Source: Coniocarpon cinnabarinum (lineage: Eukaryota). From it: 41,237 nucleotides of DNA. The number at the start of each line of letters is the position of its first letter. The stretch's first letter is position 1. Shown here piece after piece: positions 1 through 12,571 of the stretch. Where the stretch lies: positions 186,001 to 227,237 of the forward strand of contig JAVECO010000010.1 of assembly GCA_051942205.1 (NCBI GenBank). The letters run 5' to 3'. The notes beneath the pieces were generated by a model that was given only the letters and a program-made list of their open reading frames with translations, ran no database searches and was not told where the DNA came from. The position numbers and the translations under genes were made by a program.

Positions 1-120
1 TGCTCGGGGCAAAATTGGCGAGGAGGAGGAGAGGAGGTAAAACATGACGAAGGAGACGGAGAGGAGGAGGAGGAACGAGCGAGGGAAAGAACAAGGGGAA
101 GGATGATGTTGAATACGTAC

Positions 121-1566
121 CGCGCCGTCGCCGAAGTTTCCGTGAGTTGTAATGTATTCGAAATAGGCGGTCCAGGCTTCAAGTGTGATGGGGGAGTCTT
201 GGGGACTCATGAGGCTTTTGGCGAACTAGCTCGTGTCAGTCGGGTCTTCATGTCGTTGCTTTTCTGCTTTCCATCGCTCCACATGGCTCTTTTCCCTGTT
301 GCGCAACATCACATTCTTCTACCGTTTCCATCAAAGCCGTCCGTTGAAGCAAACGTCCTCAGTGACAGCGACAACGCCACCCGCACGAGCTTCGTCGCCA
401 ATCTCGCACGCTCATCTCTAACCGTGAATATCCTTCTTTCACAGTCCATCCTCAACATCGCAACATAAAAGACAAATCGACAGGAAAGAACTCACAAAAT
501 CCGAAGAGAGGCTATACCCACTTCCCAGCGGCTGAACCAAATCTCCCTGTCCCTCTGCCAACACATCCAAAACCCCCCTCCAATCGAGCACCTGCACACT
601 CTCCGTCGCCTGCGGTAAACCTCTCAGCAACTCCCCTCTAATCTTTCCCGCGTACTCCTCTTCACTCCCAAAGAAAAGCCCACTCAACGAAAAGCTCGAA
701 GGGTCGATATAAACGCCGAATCCGATTCTGGAATCAATGACTGAAGCATTCAATGCGAAGTCCTGTAGATGCTGCATGATCGTTGCGGCAGTCGCGCCAG
801 TACCGTTGTAAACGCCAGACCCGAAGGCGTAGGAAAAGTAAACTGACGACTGTGGTGCGTCGAAAGTCATGAAGTAAAAATTCGATATGACACCAAGTGA
901 ATCCGCGGCGCCGCGAAGTCCCCAGAATAATTCCTCATTCTGAGTGTCATTCACGTGAAGGATACTCCCATTCGCGATAACGACATCCAGGCCCTCGATC
1001 GTGTCGAGTGTCAGTCCCCAAGCTCGAGACGCATAGCCATACCCTCCGTGGCTTGCGTGTCCGCCTATGCCGACACCAGGACAGCTTCCATGAGGCATCG
1101 CTCTCCCCTTCTTTAACAAAGCTAGCGCCATGTCACCAAGTCTCTGACCCGCTCCGACTTTCGCAATGTCATTGTCATCAACTTCAACATTGTTGAATCC
1201 TTGCAGAGAGATAACGAGGCTTCCGTCTTCGCCGCCTGACGAGAAAGCAGCGTACCCGTGCCCACCGGATTTGGGCTGCGTTCGCGTTCCTGTCGAGGAA
1301 GCACAAACGAGGGTTTGAGAGAGTTGGGTGGTACTATTGGGGGTGGCGATGGCGAGGGGTTGGTAGTTGAAGCGGGTGTTCCAGCTTTGGATTTGGGTTT
1401 CGTAGTTGGAAGAGGTGGGGGAGATGAAGGGGATGTTGGCCTGGTTGAGGCAGTTGATCAGAGCATCTGGGGAGTTAGAGGTAGATTGGGCGGTTGCGAG
1501 TGCGCTCAAAGAGAGAAGGGTGTTAAGGGAGGTGACGAGAACGGTGAAGAGGATTGATCGCAACAT
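121..1566 (-). CDS. Secreted FAD-linked oxidoreductase, berberine-bridge/glucooligosaccharide oxidase (AA7-like) family; 3' part runs off the window. Exons 1566-496 and 225-121, then another intron
   Basis: Signal peptide MLRSILFTVLVTSL. FAD motifs KSGGHGY, HGSCPGVGIGGHASHGGYG and ELFWGLRGA. GTGAG donor at 495; CTGAC branch and TAG acceptor at 226 restore the family segment F-FAKSLMSP. A further GTACGT donor lies at 120. Confidence 0.9.
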
Positions 1567-2366
1567 GGTTGTATTCTATCTTGTGAAACTCAGCCTTGTG
1601 GTGTTCTTTCTCGTGAGCGCGGGTGTCAAGAGGAAGACCAGGCGTAAGTGAAGCAAGTGAGGAATAGGGGGAGAAGAAGAAGGACGATGACGAAAGTATC
1701 GGCCAAGGTAAAGAGGTGAAGACCAATCGTGAGATGCGGACTAATATGGAATCAATACGCGACTGCGAGGGTGTGACGCTCGTGAGAGGCAGCGCTGGTG
1801 CGTAGCAGCTTGTTACAACACGAGATCGCGGCATCAGATTGCCGCACAGTGGCGTTTGCCTCGTTCTGACATTTGCCCTCAAATGTCACCTCGTCACGGG
1901 AGGTTGCATGATGCTTACGTCTCACTGCGCATTGTGTGAGGGGAGCTCGATTGGGTTTTGTCTCGTCTTGCTTTCATCGGGTAAGCAGAGGAAGTACTCC
2001 CTCTACCCCTAGACTTCTCTAATGTCGCTGACGATGGTGCTTTACCGGCAATGTGGTATAGGGTTGTTTGCGCGAAGCCCCAGAGTCGTGTATCGAGCGT
2101 ACAAGCAAAGTTTGGAAAAAGGGGGTTCAGATATAGGTATAGTATGCTTACGAGCTTCGTGTGTGATGCTTGTGACTGCGGCTACTGTCAAACGTTGTCT
2201 CATCGAGTCTCACGTCAGTTTCGCCTCCGGATTCCTGCGCAAGTTTTCCACTGTGAGAATTTTGGTGTGCAAGACGCAATAACGCTGCGCATGAGTCTGG
2301 ATGATGTCACCGCATTCCATTCGTCCTTTTAGGAGCTCGAACTCTTGATCGAATAGATAATATGCC

Positions 2367-3384
2367 TCATGGTAGCGTGTATCCACCATCAATGATGACA
2401 TCGCTGCCGGTTTGGTACGACGATGCGTCGCTGGCAAGGTACAAGAACAAACCCTTGATCTCCTTGACGTCACCTTGGCGGCCTAGGACAGCCATGCGAC
2501 GGGCCTCGTTGATGACCTTGGATGAGGCGCCCAGTTTCGTCTCGAAGAAGCCGGGTGAGATGATGTTGACGCGTGCAAAATTGCGCCATTCTCTGGCTAA
2601 GCTCTTGCCGAGGTGACCGACCGCGGCTTTGGAAGCGTTGTATAGCTGTAGACGATCAGCAAAGGTTGCATGCCAGGAGGCAGTGAATTAACTATGGCGA
2701 GGGCGTGAAAGCAAGAATGAGCCCAGAAGACTGGGAAGTGTGAGCCAAGAATGTGAAACTCACGCCTTGGTCAACTGGCACATTGACGATATGAGCCGAG
2801 ATACTGGAAGTGATGATGAGGTTGCCGTGACCTTGTTTCTCAAAGACTAGTCCTGCGTACTTGGCGCAGAAGAAGACACCGTCAACTGGAACATGTTAGC
2901 ATGTATGTGACTGCTAGATCTACATAGTCGCCCCAAATTAGAACACCAACATACCATTGACAGCCATCAATCTCCTGTACTCTTCCACCGTCTGATCGAT
3001 AACTCGCTTCTCCGTGCCCATGCCCGCGTTGGCCACAAAGACATCCAGACCACCAAACTCCTGGACGACTTTATTGACAGCAGCCTCCACCTTGGAGGGG
3101 TCAGAGACCTCGACTTGATACGCTTGCGCCTTGATGCCGTGCTGTTCTGCAAGCTGCTTGCCTTTTTCAACAGCAGCGGGATTCGAGTTGTACCACAATG
3201 CAATGTTGGCGCCAGCTTCTGCAACAGCCTCTGCCGCTGCAAAGCCAATGCCATCAGCGGCACCCGTCACAATGACCGTCTTGCCTTTCATGCTCAGCTG
3301 TTCAAAGACATTGCCAGAGGTGTTGGGGACGGGCTTGGCTTCCCGAGGCGCCGAAGCGTCGGCAACGGTCATAGACATGTTCAC
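2367..3384 (-). CDS. Short-chain dehydrogenase/reductase (sorbose/L-xylulose/mannitol reductase-like). Exons 3384-2955, 2885-2764, 2645-2367
   Basis: TGAADGIG Rossmann motif and VANAG. Splicing at GTATGT/CAG and GTGAGT/CAG gives IITSSISAHIVNVP, the catalytic YNASK, RVNIISPGFFET and C-terminal TGSDVIIDGGYTLP*. Confidence 0.93.
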
Positions 3385-4648
3385 GGATGGTCTCTATTGC
3401 GTTGTTCCGTCGAGGCGTAAGAACAGAAAGGCTTTCGAGTAGTGTTCGTGACTGCCACCAAGGGTTGAGATGTGGTAGTCAAAGCCAAATGGCGGCCTCC
3501 ACTTCGCGCCCCACATTCAACCGAGCTACGCCATGTCACCTCCTCGTTTTGCTCTTCCTCATCACAGACTTGGCAGCCTTTTGATGATAAAGTTGTGCTT
3601 GTTTCCTGAGCCTTGATGTCCGTAGAATATAGCCGCGAGTCCTTCAATATCGGAAGCTGCCATGTGAAGGCTTGTCATTACTGCCCAACTCATGACTGGC
3701 CGTGAGAACTTGTTGGGATGGTCAAGCGCGACGCATGTCTATCATAAGAGCTCTGCTCGAGCGGAGAAGGAGATGAGGCTCTGTCGAGGGCGTTGTTTCG
3801 ACTTCAGAGCTCTTTCCGCGAAACATGACGGGCGAGGGGGGACAGTCTGTTCAGAGGCGACAACGTGCTTTTCGCGTTGGACAGACGTGCAGGATTCAGA
3901 CAGATGAGCAACATAGACCATCACGCTGTCGGATTGTCTGTAGTATATTTTTGGTGTTGGGTATGTGTACTGGCACACGTGCTATGACACTCTTCAAATT
4001 CCGCGTCGTCCACTTCCGCAACCTGGCTGACCGATCATCTGACCCATGATGGACTGGTCTTATGCATGTACTGGCATCGTAGCATGCTGCTACAACCTTC
4101 ATATCGTCCACCAGAGAGGTCAGTGGCGTCTTTGAAGGGGCATGGGACAGTTCGAAGAGAAACGACAGACGAGGACAGCAATGTATACGGCATAAGTGGC
4201 CTGAAATGTCAGGCAATATTTACAGTTGTCTGTACACTTGCCTTCGTGATGAACACTTGGCTCTCAGAAACGCTTTTGACTCGCAGTCGAGAGCCTGCAT
4301 GCATTCGATGTGGTTTCCTCGCATTGTCCCGGCTCAAGATGATCATGCTTACAAATACAAATGGCTCGGATACATGAGTTTTGGCATTGCCCCTCTTCAC
4401 TGCACGAGATCTGTCAGCCAAGAACAGAAGCTCGTAGCAGTTTCTCACCGTTTCATTCGCGTTCGTTTACAGATAGATTTTGATGGTCCAGTCTTTGCTT
4501 TTGATCCAACGCAGCCCTCCGTCGGGGAAGCAGAATCCGAATTCTATATCAACCTCTTTTTCACTATGCCATTTTCTGCAATGTTGACATCAGCACTCAT
4601 TGAACTTTTATTGGCCACATTCACAGGGCAGACATGACGATATTCCAC

Positions 4649-5446
4649 TCACATTAGATTGATTGCATCAGGTTCAGCGCCCGTCAGCGTGTGATCGTCC
4701 TTCACGAGGTCTTTGACTCTCTGCGTAAGAGCCTCGAGGGACCCGTTGGGTTCCAATACGTCCACAGTGCGCGATGCCACTTTCTCATCCATCTTCTTGC
4801 CGTGAATTGCTTGAGTAGGATCGAACACAATGTACCAGCCTTTGTACTCCAGTCCCGTTTTGTTCAGCATCGTAGAGAAGCGCCTGTTCGATTTTCGACT
4901 CATTCTTCTCTTCGACGGCACAGATAACGGGTTTACTGGTTTTTGCTCTTTGCTCTGATCTTTTCGAGGATCCGCGGGAGGCTCTGCGGGCGCTTCATTC
5001 GCACGTCCTTGTGCGGGTGGACCTACTTGAGGAACTGTTTGAGGTTCTGTGTGAAAGATGTTTCTCAGTGCTCCGCCCAAGCTCTTAGACTTTTTGAGCT
5101 GAGGGGCAGAAGTGGTGCTGCCCTCCGCCGGGGAAGCGGACATGCCTTGTTCTTGAGCTTGTTGACGATGAAAAATTCCACGCAAGTTCAGCGACGACTT
5201 CTGTTGTTTAGAGCCCTGCTCATCCGTACTTGGCTCGCCCGCCTTAGCATTTCGATTGTGATGCAAGCCCGATTTGATCTTGCTGCCGAGTTTGGTGAAA
5301 TCTTGTTCGATAGATGTATAGGATTCCTCTACAATGCGATCATCGACCTCTGCAGCCTTTCCGCCCGTTATGGTGGTAATCGTCCCGCCATAGTCCCAAC
5401 CTTCCGATCTGTCACCCGGCGTGTTAGTCATCCCCAGACCCGCCAT
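4649..5446 (-). CDS. Hypothetical protein, 265 aa, mostly disordered with a possibly folded C-terminus
   Basis: Long open ORF with good start context (aatATGG), protein-like composition and an internal repeat LRGIFH/LRNIFH. No family recognised. Confidence 0.6.
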   Translation of the reverse strand: MAGLGMTNTPGDRSEGWDYGGTITTITGGKAAEVDDRIVEESYTSIEQDFTKLGSKIKSGLHHNRNAKAGEPSTDEQGSKQQKSSLNLRGIFHRQQAQEQGMSASPAEGSTTSAPQLKKSKSLGGALRNIFHTEPQTVPQVGPPAQGRANEAPAEPPADPRKDQSKEQKPVNPLSVPSKRRMSRKSNRRFSTMLNKTGLEYKGWYIVFDPTQAIHGKKMDEKVASRTVDVLEPNGSLEALTQRVKDLVKDDHTLTGAEPDAINLM

Positions 5447-6809
5447 ATTGGGCAGATTCAGAAACGGATGGAGAACGAGAGACTCTCGATCCTTTGCACG
5501 ATGCTTTTTGATGGCTTCTAGTGCTTTATAGAAGGAGCGATGTTAGTCTGGGTCAGGGTACGGGCATTGTGCACGAATCTTGTAGACTGTGTCTTGTTTC
5601 TCACGTAAATACGCAAAAAAATTATATGAGTGGGACACCCGGGCTTTCGGGATGGCAGAGACGTTTTATGCGCGCCCCGGATCAATGCTTTGAATCATGC
5701 GAAAGGTGAGCCGCAGTGCAAATACCTTGACGTACGTCATCTTATGTCGCAATGGACTTTTCCTGACCGTGCTTTGAAGCTCATTGACGGGAGAAGAACA
5801 TGAAGACAGATACAAGGCCAGCCATCGGAGACGTGACGTGTCCAGTGAGGAAGCACGAATGCACAAATTGGAGGCAGCCCCAAAGCGTAATCCTATCAAA
5901 TGGGGCCAGGGCCAGAGTGTCCAACTTGATAAGCGACTAGGTAATATCCTGTCACAGTGGAACACAATGAGCGCATGCCAAAGCAGGAGTCTCTCGTTTT
6001 CATGCCATCAAAGCAAGTCCTGTCAGTTACTGTGTGAAAGTCCTGATGCTGAGTCAGTCTTCGCGCCCTGCATTTGACGGCACATTACTCGATGAAATCT
6101 CGCAAATTTGGCAGGGGCGAAGAGTTTCAAACACCATCGCTGGATTCAGCTTGAGAGGCGAGTATAAGCGCCCAGCCAACTGCGCTCATCTTCAATGAGA
6201 ACCTAATCTGGTGCTGGCGTCATATCACCACTTAGAATAATCCAGTAATGGCGAAGCCTGAAAGACCGCACGCGCTACAGCAAATTTGCAAATTCATTAC
6301 TTATGAGGTGAAGTTGTCGTTTTCCGCCTCTATCTGAAACAGGAAAATGGAGAAGGAGTTGTACCTGGCACTTTCAAAACCAGGGCGAGCATGACAACAT
6401 TCGGGTGAGATGTATGCGCTAGACTAGTTGCGGCCACCTTAACATAACACTTTTTAATATAACAGTTCGCCCGTCACTTACTACTGCGGTCTGTTAAGTC
6501 AAGGGCCAATGGAAAGAACAAGTATACATTGATGCCTGGCAACACCTCTTGTCTTGGGCGCGCATTTCCTCTTCGCCGGGCCACGTGTGGTTTCTCGGCT
6601 TGGCCAAACCTTATCGTGAGGAATGCACACTGTTGACGTGATGTCCAATTCTCCTACCAGACGCCCCAGAGACTTGCTCGTGGCCGTCATCTCCGTCAAG
6701 TCTCTTCATCGCCAAGCGCATCTGTTGATGCAGCGGGCTTTCTGCTCACATGCTCATGCAAACGCTAGTCTTGACAGATCAGGGGTTAAGCTGTGTCTGA
6801 GCCGATCCC

Positions 6810-8209
6810 TCAAGGTTTTGACACCTTCTTCAGCCCTCGCATCAAATCCGCCCATAAATCTTCAATGTCCTCGATGCCGATGCTGAGGCGCATAAGCCTC
6901 TCATCGACACCGCTGTCGCTCATGCGCCTCCACTCAATCAAGCTTTCCACGCCACCTAAGCTGGTCGCATGGTGGAAAAGGTCAAGCTGACTAGGTAGCG
7001 TCTTTGCCATCTTCGTGTCTTTCATGGTGATTGCGAAGACGGGTCCGTAGCCATTGGGCATTTGCTTAGGGAGCCATGCTGCTGCAGATGGCTCTTTCTG
7101 GGCCTGGATGGAGGCATGAGTAATCGTCAAGATCGTATTGCGAATGATGGCCTCGCTGTCAGGCGTAACACTTTTCGTAGTTGTCTTGGGATCTCGGTCG
7201 AGACCATCGACCTCACCGTTATTACCTGACGCATCACCCTGCAATGCCGAGTAGATTCTGCGCACGAGCTCCGTCGCATTTTCGCTCTGACGTTTTACTC
7301 TCATTTCCAACGTACGCATACTTCGCAAACCCAACCATCCTTCGAGGTTACCCATTACTGAGCCAAGATACTTGCGGTCGTGATACAGTGACCACCAACG
7401 CTCATCGTCCCGCACTGCCAGAATGCCACAAAGCATGTCAGAATGTCCACCAATATACTTGGTGCCAGAATGCATGACAATGTCCGCACCATGTGCAAAA
7501 GGATCCTGCAGCGGCGGAGGCGCAAACGTGGCGTCAACGGAGAGATATGCACCGCGTTTGTGTGCACGTTCTGCAAAAGAAGAAAGATCGTATGCGTCGC
7601 CTGTAGGGTTCAGCGGCGTCTCGACATGCACCAGATCACCCTTGCCCAGACCCGCGGCGTCCCAGTCAGCATCCGACGCGTGCAAGTCCAGTTTTCGGCA
7701 GCCAGTCAACCTCTGGTGAATGCCGAGAACTCCATGGCACCCATGATAGCCATCACCGATAGCTATGCGCTCGGGATGGACATGTATCAGAAGTGCGTGG
7801 AAAGCAGAGAGGCCTGAAGAGTACGTCATAGCCCGACCGTTCATCAGAGAAGAGAGTAGCGATTCAAGGCGCGTCGTGTTTGGCGCGAGAATGCGGCTGT
7901 AGACGTGTGCATCTGTTGGTGTTTGAGATTGGTCTTTGAAAGCCTATCTGCGTGATGAGCCCAAGACTAGTCATTCAATAAATTTCCACAAGTAAGTACC
8001 TTCCAATCCGCAACAGGTGTGAGTTGATCTGGATCGTCATCGTATCTGAAGGTGGTCGCGGTGTGAATCACAGGTGCAACGTCAGGTAAACGATTCAGGT
8101 GGTCATCACCATGAATGGCTTTCGTTGCGGTAGAATATCTTCGATCGGTCATCGACTCGGGAGGTGCAACACCATCTACTTCGTTGGCGTCGCCATTGGT
8201 GGAAGCCAT
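6810..8209 (-). CDS. Cystathionine gamma-lyase/gamma-synthase family PLP enzyme (YHR112C-like). Exons 8209-8000 and 7943-6810
   Basis: [47 protein letters not shown]-lysine motif [12 protein letters not shown] and [14 protein letters not shown] 56-nt GT..TAG intron keeps the frame. Confidence 0.93.
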
Positions 8210-8578
8210 TACTCAGAGGGCCCAGGTAGCTGCAATTGGCCCTGAGCGTAGTCAAATGGGTCGATCAGAGAGGGTCAGTATTTCACATGGCCAGGAGTTG
8301 AGACAAGTGTCCATCGAGCAAGTTGGCCGACATTGCTGACGAAATGTGCATGAGATATGCAGGAAGCAGCCGTGCATCACTCAATTTTTGGTGCCTTTAA
8401 CCATCGGTGGATCATTGTGACGCACCATTGAGGGGCATCTACCCCTGCTTTTTCCTTGGCTCTTGACCACGTGATTGGATGTTGATGCCATTGCCCTCAA
8501 TTGCTGGCAAAGGCTCTCGTCGTCCCGTCCTACGGTTCACAAAGTGCCCTGGCAGAGCTTTCGAAGCCCGCCGCATTT

Positions 8579-9513
8579 TCAAAACCATGCCAGGGTCCAC
8601 AGCGAAGGAAATTGCGGCCATCTCTCCTGCCACTCTCCGAGTATGTCAGGCACTCTTTCGTCAAACCCCTCTCGTGCCGATCCAGTGCCTTCTGTCCATC
8701 CATTGACTCCTTTCGACTCGCGTTCTTGAGCTGCGGCTTGGTTGAGTAGGTTTGCAAGATCCACGATGGCCTTGCCGCCAATGAGAGCTTCTTCGTGGCT
8801 ATCTTTGATGTCAACATTGAAAACGTGCACAGGCCGATTCATGGAGTTGCCCCGTGACAGCAGGTCGTCAACCACGGCATCCCAGCACCGCTCCTCACAC
8901 GTGATCACAATATCCACAATGCCGCTCTCTGAACCTCGAGCGCCGTGATCGTCGGGATGCATTAAACGGGGCTCGCCCACACGCCAGTCTTGCCAGCGCT
9001 CCGGACCAGTCTTGATGGATCGATTCCGCTCGAGCATGTTCAGGATGCCGTTGGTGCGATATAAGCGTGGGTCTTTTGACTCCAGCTCGCGATACATCTG
9101 GTCATAGGAGACGCTGTTGAAATTGTATATGTTGGGTTGATTGATGCTCGGTCCAGGGAGTCTCACTAACGACCCTGTTCCAAATGAAATCACCGGAAAT
9201 TGGGCCTCTGCCAACCGTATATGGCCCTCCATGGACCTAGGCGCAGAGTTAGTCAACCTGAGGGCATGTTGAAATATGCAATTGATCTCGAATCTCACCT
9301 ATTGTTGTTGCTAGCGCATACGGTACAGAACCTGAGCTTGTAATTGTCTCCCTCCTCCTGCGAGTCGCCATTCTGACGTGGTGTTGACCCATTCGCTTCC
9401 TCGGTGCGTGGTTGAGCCGATGGAGGGTTAGGATCTGCTGGAGGCGGTGGTGGAGGGGGCGGGGTTGAGTGGGCTGCTGCTCGGGCGCGTGCCAATCTTG
9501 GATCGGTCGACAT
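8579..9513 (-). CDS. SSU72: RNA polymerase II CTD phosphatase Ssu72. Exons 9513-9299 and 9236-8579
   Basis: Splicing across the GTGAGA..TAG intron rebuilds the CX5R catalytic motif [16 protein letters not shown]. Also [25 protein letters not shown] and [11 protein letters not shown]. Confidence 0.96.
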
Positions 9514-11059
9514 CTGGGTTGCACTGGGAATCAAGGCAAGAAATCAAGGGCTCAGTGAAGCAATTGCTGTATTGAAGAGTCAGTGGTGACACATGCAAAT
9601 AGGAAAATTGATTTTGCTAGTTTCATTCTGGTTCAGACAGGCCATTCGCGTATGTGAGAAGGTCAACAAGTGGAATTCTGACAGCTCCAATAGATATGAA
9701 GAATCATCATGCAAGCATTGAAAGCAATGAGTGGCGCAACGAGCGCAAACAACGCGACGTACCTGAAAAGCAGCACACACGCTCCCGTACATCGAGGAAG
9801 GTCACCTCCAGATAAAAAAGCACGTCGCGGGATGTGGAGGGTTCTTGACACGGTGATGCTTCATTCCGTGGGTATGGGAGGGACTTGGAGACCGTCGGAG
9901 GATTCAGGAGGGGTCTGGAAGCAATGTCTCGAGCAATCACTCTGCAATAAGCATGGGCATGAAAGACAAGAAGGTGATTGCACAATGGTCCTCGCTTCTG
10001 GATTTCTCCAAATGTCCACGAGTAATCTAAGGGTGCAAACACCCTAAAGGTGCGCAACGCCTGACAAATAAAGGCAGGGTTATAAACATGAAACGTTAGC
10101 GTGCGCCAGGGTCCAGGCCCGAGCTTCCAATCTTGTGACACCCTGCAAAAGGAGGTACGCCATACTTTATCTTTGACCAAACTCTTGTATGCTTCTGAGC
10201 TCGGCTTCTTACTTCTGAAGATGAGATACCTGATCTCGCAGCAACCCCCGATCTATACGCGACTAGTGCTAGAGTTGATAGCGTCATCAGCGCACATGGC
10301 CCTAGTGTCACGATAACTACAGCAGGCACTCGTCCGAAACGGACAAGCACAGTCGCTCGTCCTCATCTTTTGCCGGCCACCAGATCACACTCAGTCTCTC
10401 TCTTTCCCGACTCCCATCGCTCTGCCGCCCTATCCCTCCTCACACCATCCCGCAAGGCTCTGACTGCTCTGGACCCGGTCATCTGTCTGCGCGTCATCTC
10501 ACCACCGTTCCACTTCGTCCTTTCTCATCTCGAGTCCTCTCCACGTCGGCAGAAGTACCTCCGCTGCCATCTAAAAATAGCATCCCCACCAACCCATCGA
10601 GTCACCACCGACACTCACAACTTGTTGCGCGCGATCGCATCCATACCTTCACCTCTACGCCGTCATCGCCCCTCGTTACGGGCCGTCAACAGCCCGTCGC
10701 GGCGTTTCGGTACCCGCGTCATAAACGCTAACTCTCTCCTCACCCGTCGACTCCGCGACCTACCGTCAACCAGGCCACCTAGCCCTAAGCGCCCCTCCAC
10801 ACTCCTCAGGCACCTGCTGTCCGACGTTGACATCGTCGTCACGCCGCTCCTTCGTTTCAAGGCTTCAGGACATTGCTCCATTCGTGCCTTTGCGCACGTC
10901 TTTACATTCGCTACACTCCTTCACCACACTCGTTGAACATCGTTTTCCCCGCCAGGAGCGCTTCTCAGATCCACTTTCAAATTCAACAGTTCATTTTGCG
11001 GGAGATCGACATCAGCATGAAGGGCTAGCCGCTCATCATCAGCAAGGAAAAGACCTAGA

Positions 11060-12571
11060 ATGTCTGAAAGATTGATGGCGGATGAAAGCGTGGCGGTTGA
11101 CATGGGCGAGCGCGACAGGTCCTCGCGACGCAGCACACCTGCTCTGTCGCCACCTCACGCCATCAACACTCGCCCGAATATCGCGAGGGCGCCCGCCTCA
11201 AACCCCAGTCTTCACACGCTACCTCCTCTGATCACAACCTCTGGCAGTCGACGGACGAGCTCAACGCGGGTTCCGTCATACGCCAGTAAGCGTTTGTCGA
11301 CATTCTCCAACACGTCAGCGCCCGCAGCGCGCTCTCGACCTGGCTCTGTGGCGTTTCCAACTTTCCACTCGAGCTTGCCATACGCTCTTGTCCGAGACTT
11401 CGCGTATGAGCCCGGCCATATGCTGCACTATGGCCCACCGCTCGAGCCTTCTTCAGCTACATCCACAAACGTCAGCGATTTCCCGCGACGACTGTCTGAT
11501 CCTCCCGCCATGCCGAGCTCGAGGACACAGTGGTCAGGACACCCTGGAGGCGTCGACTTGGAATTGTATGGTGGACCTCAGCTACCGGCAACCTCTTTCT
11601 CAGATGGGCCGCCCTGGAGAGAAGACGACGACCTCCTCTCACCGGTAGTCAGCACGCGTCACCGCAAGGCAAAATCTGACATGGATTATTTCGGAAGTCG
11701 AGATCCAACATTAGGCACGGGGAGCAGAAGGACTTCATATGCAGGCACAAACGCAGACGGCAGCCACAGCTACTATACTGAGCATGTTAGCGAAGGCGAC
11801 CCCGGAGGTCCGGGCGGTGAGATTATTTCGTATGCAGGACCTGGATCACGACCGACGCGAACATATACAGGTGATGTGTCACGTGGTCACGGTCGCATGA
11901 ATGGCGTCGACGCGGACGATGCCTTTGATGATGACGAGGACAGTCGCTACTCGCGCGACTACTCCTTTTCGATTGCATCGCCTGATGAGGAGATGCATGG
12001 AAAGGCAATCGCCCTGTTCGACTTTGAAAGCGAAAACGACAATGAGCTGCCCCTCAAGGAAGGGCAGGTTCTGTGGGTATCCTATCGGCATGGAGAAGGC
12101 TGGCTAGTCGCCAAGGATCCCAGCACTGGTGAAGATGGCCTTGTGCCCGAATCCTATGTTCGACTAGAGCGTGACATACCTGGAGGTTTTGGCAGTTTGA
12201 ATGGCCAGACCGGCACGGATGCGATTAGTCCTGTTGGACCGGACACACCCACGATGCCACCATATCCACTTGAAAGGATGGACAGCCCAGACCTCCCCGC
12301 TCAGTCTCAGTACCCGATGGTGGCCCACTTCACTACAAGCAAGAAGGACTTGCTGCCTCATGATAAGCTCACACATACTCCGATATCGACTTCTGGCTCT
12401 CCCTCGCATCAGCTGGACGCCCAGCTGGAAGCAGTGGCCCTAGGAGACAAAAGAGAGACAGCTTCGCCGGAGGAGGCGGATGATGAGTCGAGTTCTTCAG
12501 ATGGGACCGCTGACGACCGGCGAGCAGTGCACGACTCTGGGGGAGCTAAAGGGCATGCGATCATGGGCTGA
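11060..12571 (+). CDS. NBP2: SH3-domain adaptor, Nbp2-like (HOG pathway)
   Basis: 503-aa ORF with a single SH3 domain (HGKAIALFDFESENDNELPLKEGQVLWVSYRHGEGWLVA...GLVPESYV) and the upstream segment LPYALVRDFAY, typical of Nbp2-like proteins in filamentous fungi. Confidence 0.8.
   Translation: MSERLMADESVAVDMGERDRSSRRSTPALSPPHAINTRPNIARAPASNPSLHTLPPLITTSGSRRTSSTRVPSYASKRLSTFSNTSAPAARSRPGSVAFPTFHSSLPYALVRDFAYEPGHMLHYGPPLEPSSATSTNVSDFPRRLSDPPAMPSSRTQWSGHPGGVDLELYGGPQLPATSFSDGPPWREDDDLLSPVVSTRHRKAKSDMDYFGSRDPTLGTGSRRTSYAGTNADGSHSYYTEHVSEGDPGGPGGEIISYAGPGSRPTRTYTGDVSRGHGRMNGVDADDAFDDDEDSRYSRDYSFSIASPDEEMHGKAIALFDFESENDNELPLKEGQVLWVSYRHGEGWLVAKDPSTGEDGLVPESYVRLERDIPGGFGSLNGQTGTDAISPVGPDTPTMPPYPLERMDSPDLPAQSQYPMVAHFTTSKKDLLPHDKLTHTPISTSGSPSHQLDAQLEAVALGDKRETASPEEADDESSSSDGTADDRRAVHDSGGAKGHAIMG

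Noticed and set aside
1..110. GAG/GGA purine-rich repeats
   Set aside because: They lie inside an intron of the minus-strand oxidase as a CT-rich tract and are simple low complexity.
10370..10936. 188-aa TTG-start ORF upstream of NBP2
   Set aside because: It is a pyrimidine-rich, S/P/R/L-biased translation with no ATG start, more consistent with a long CT-rich 5' leader or promoter.
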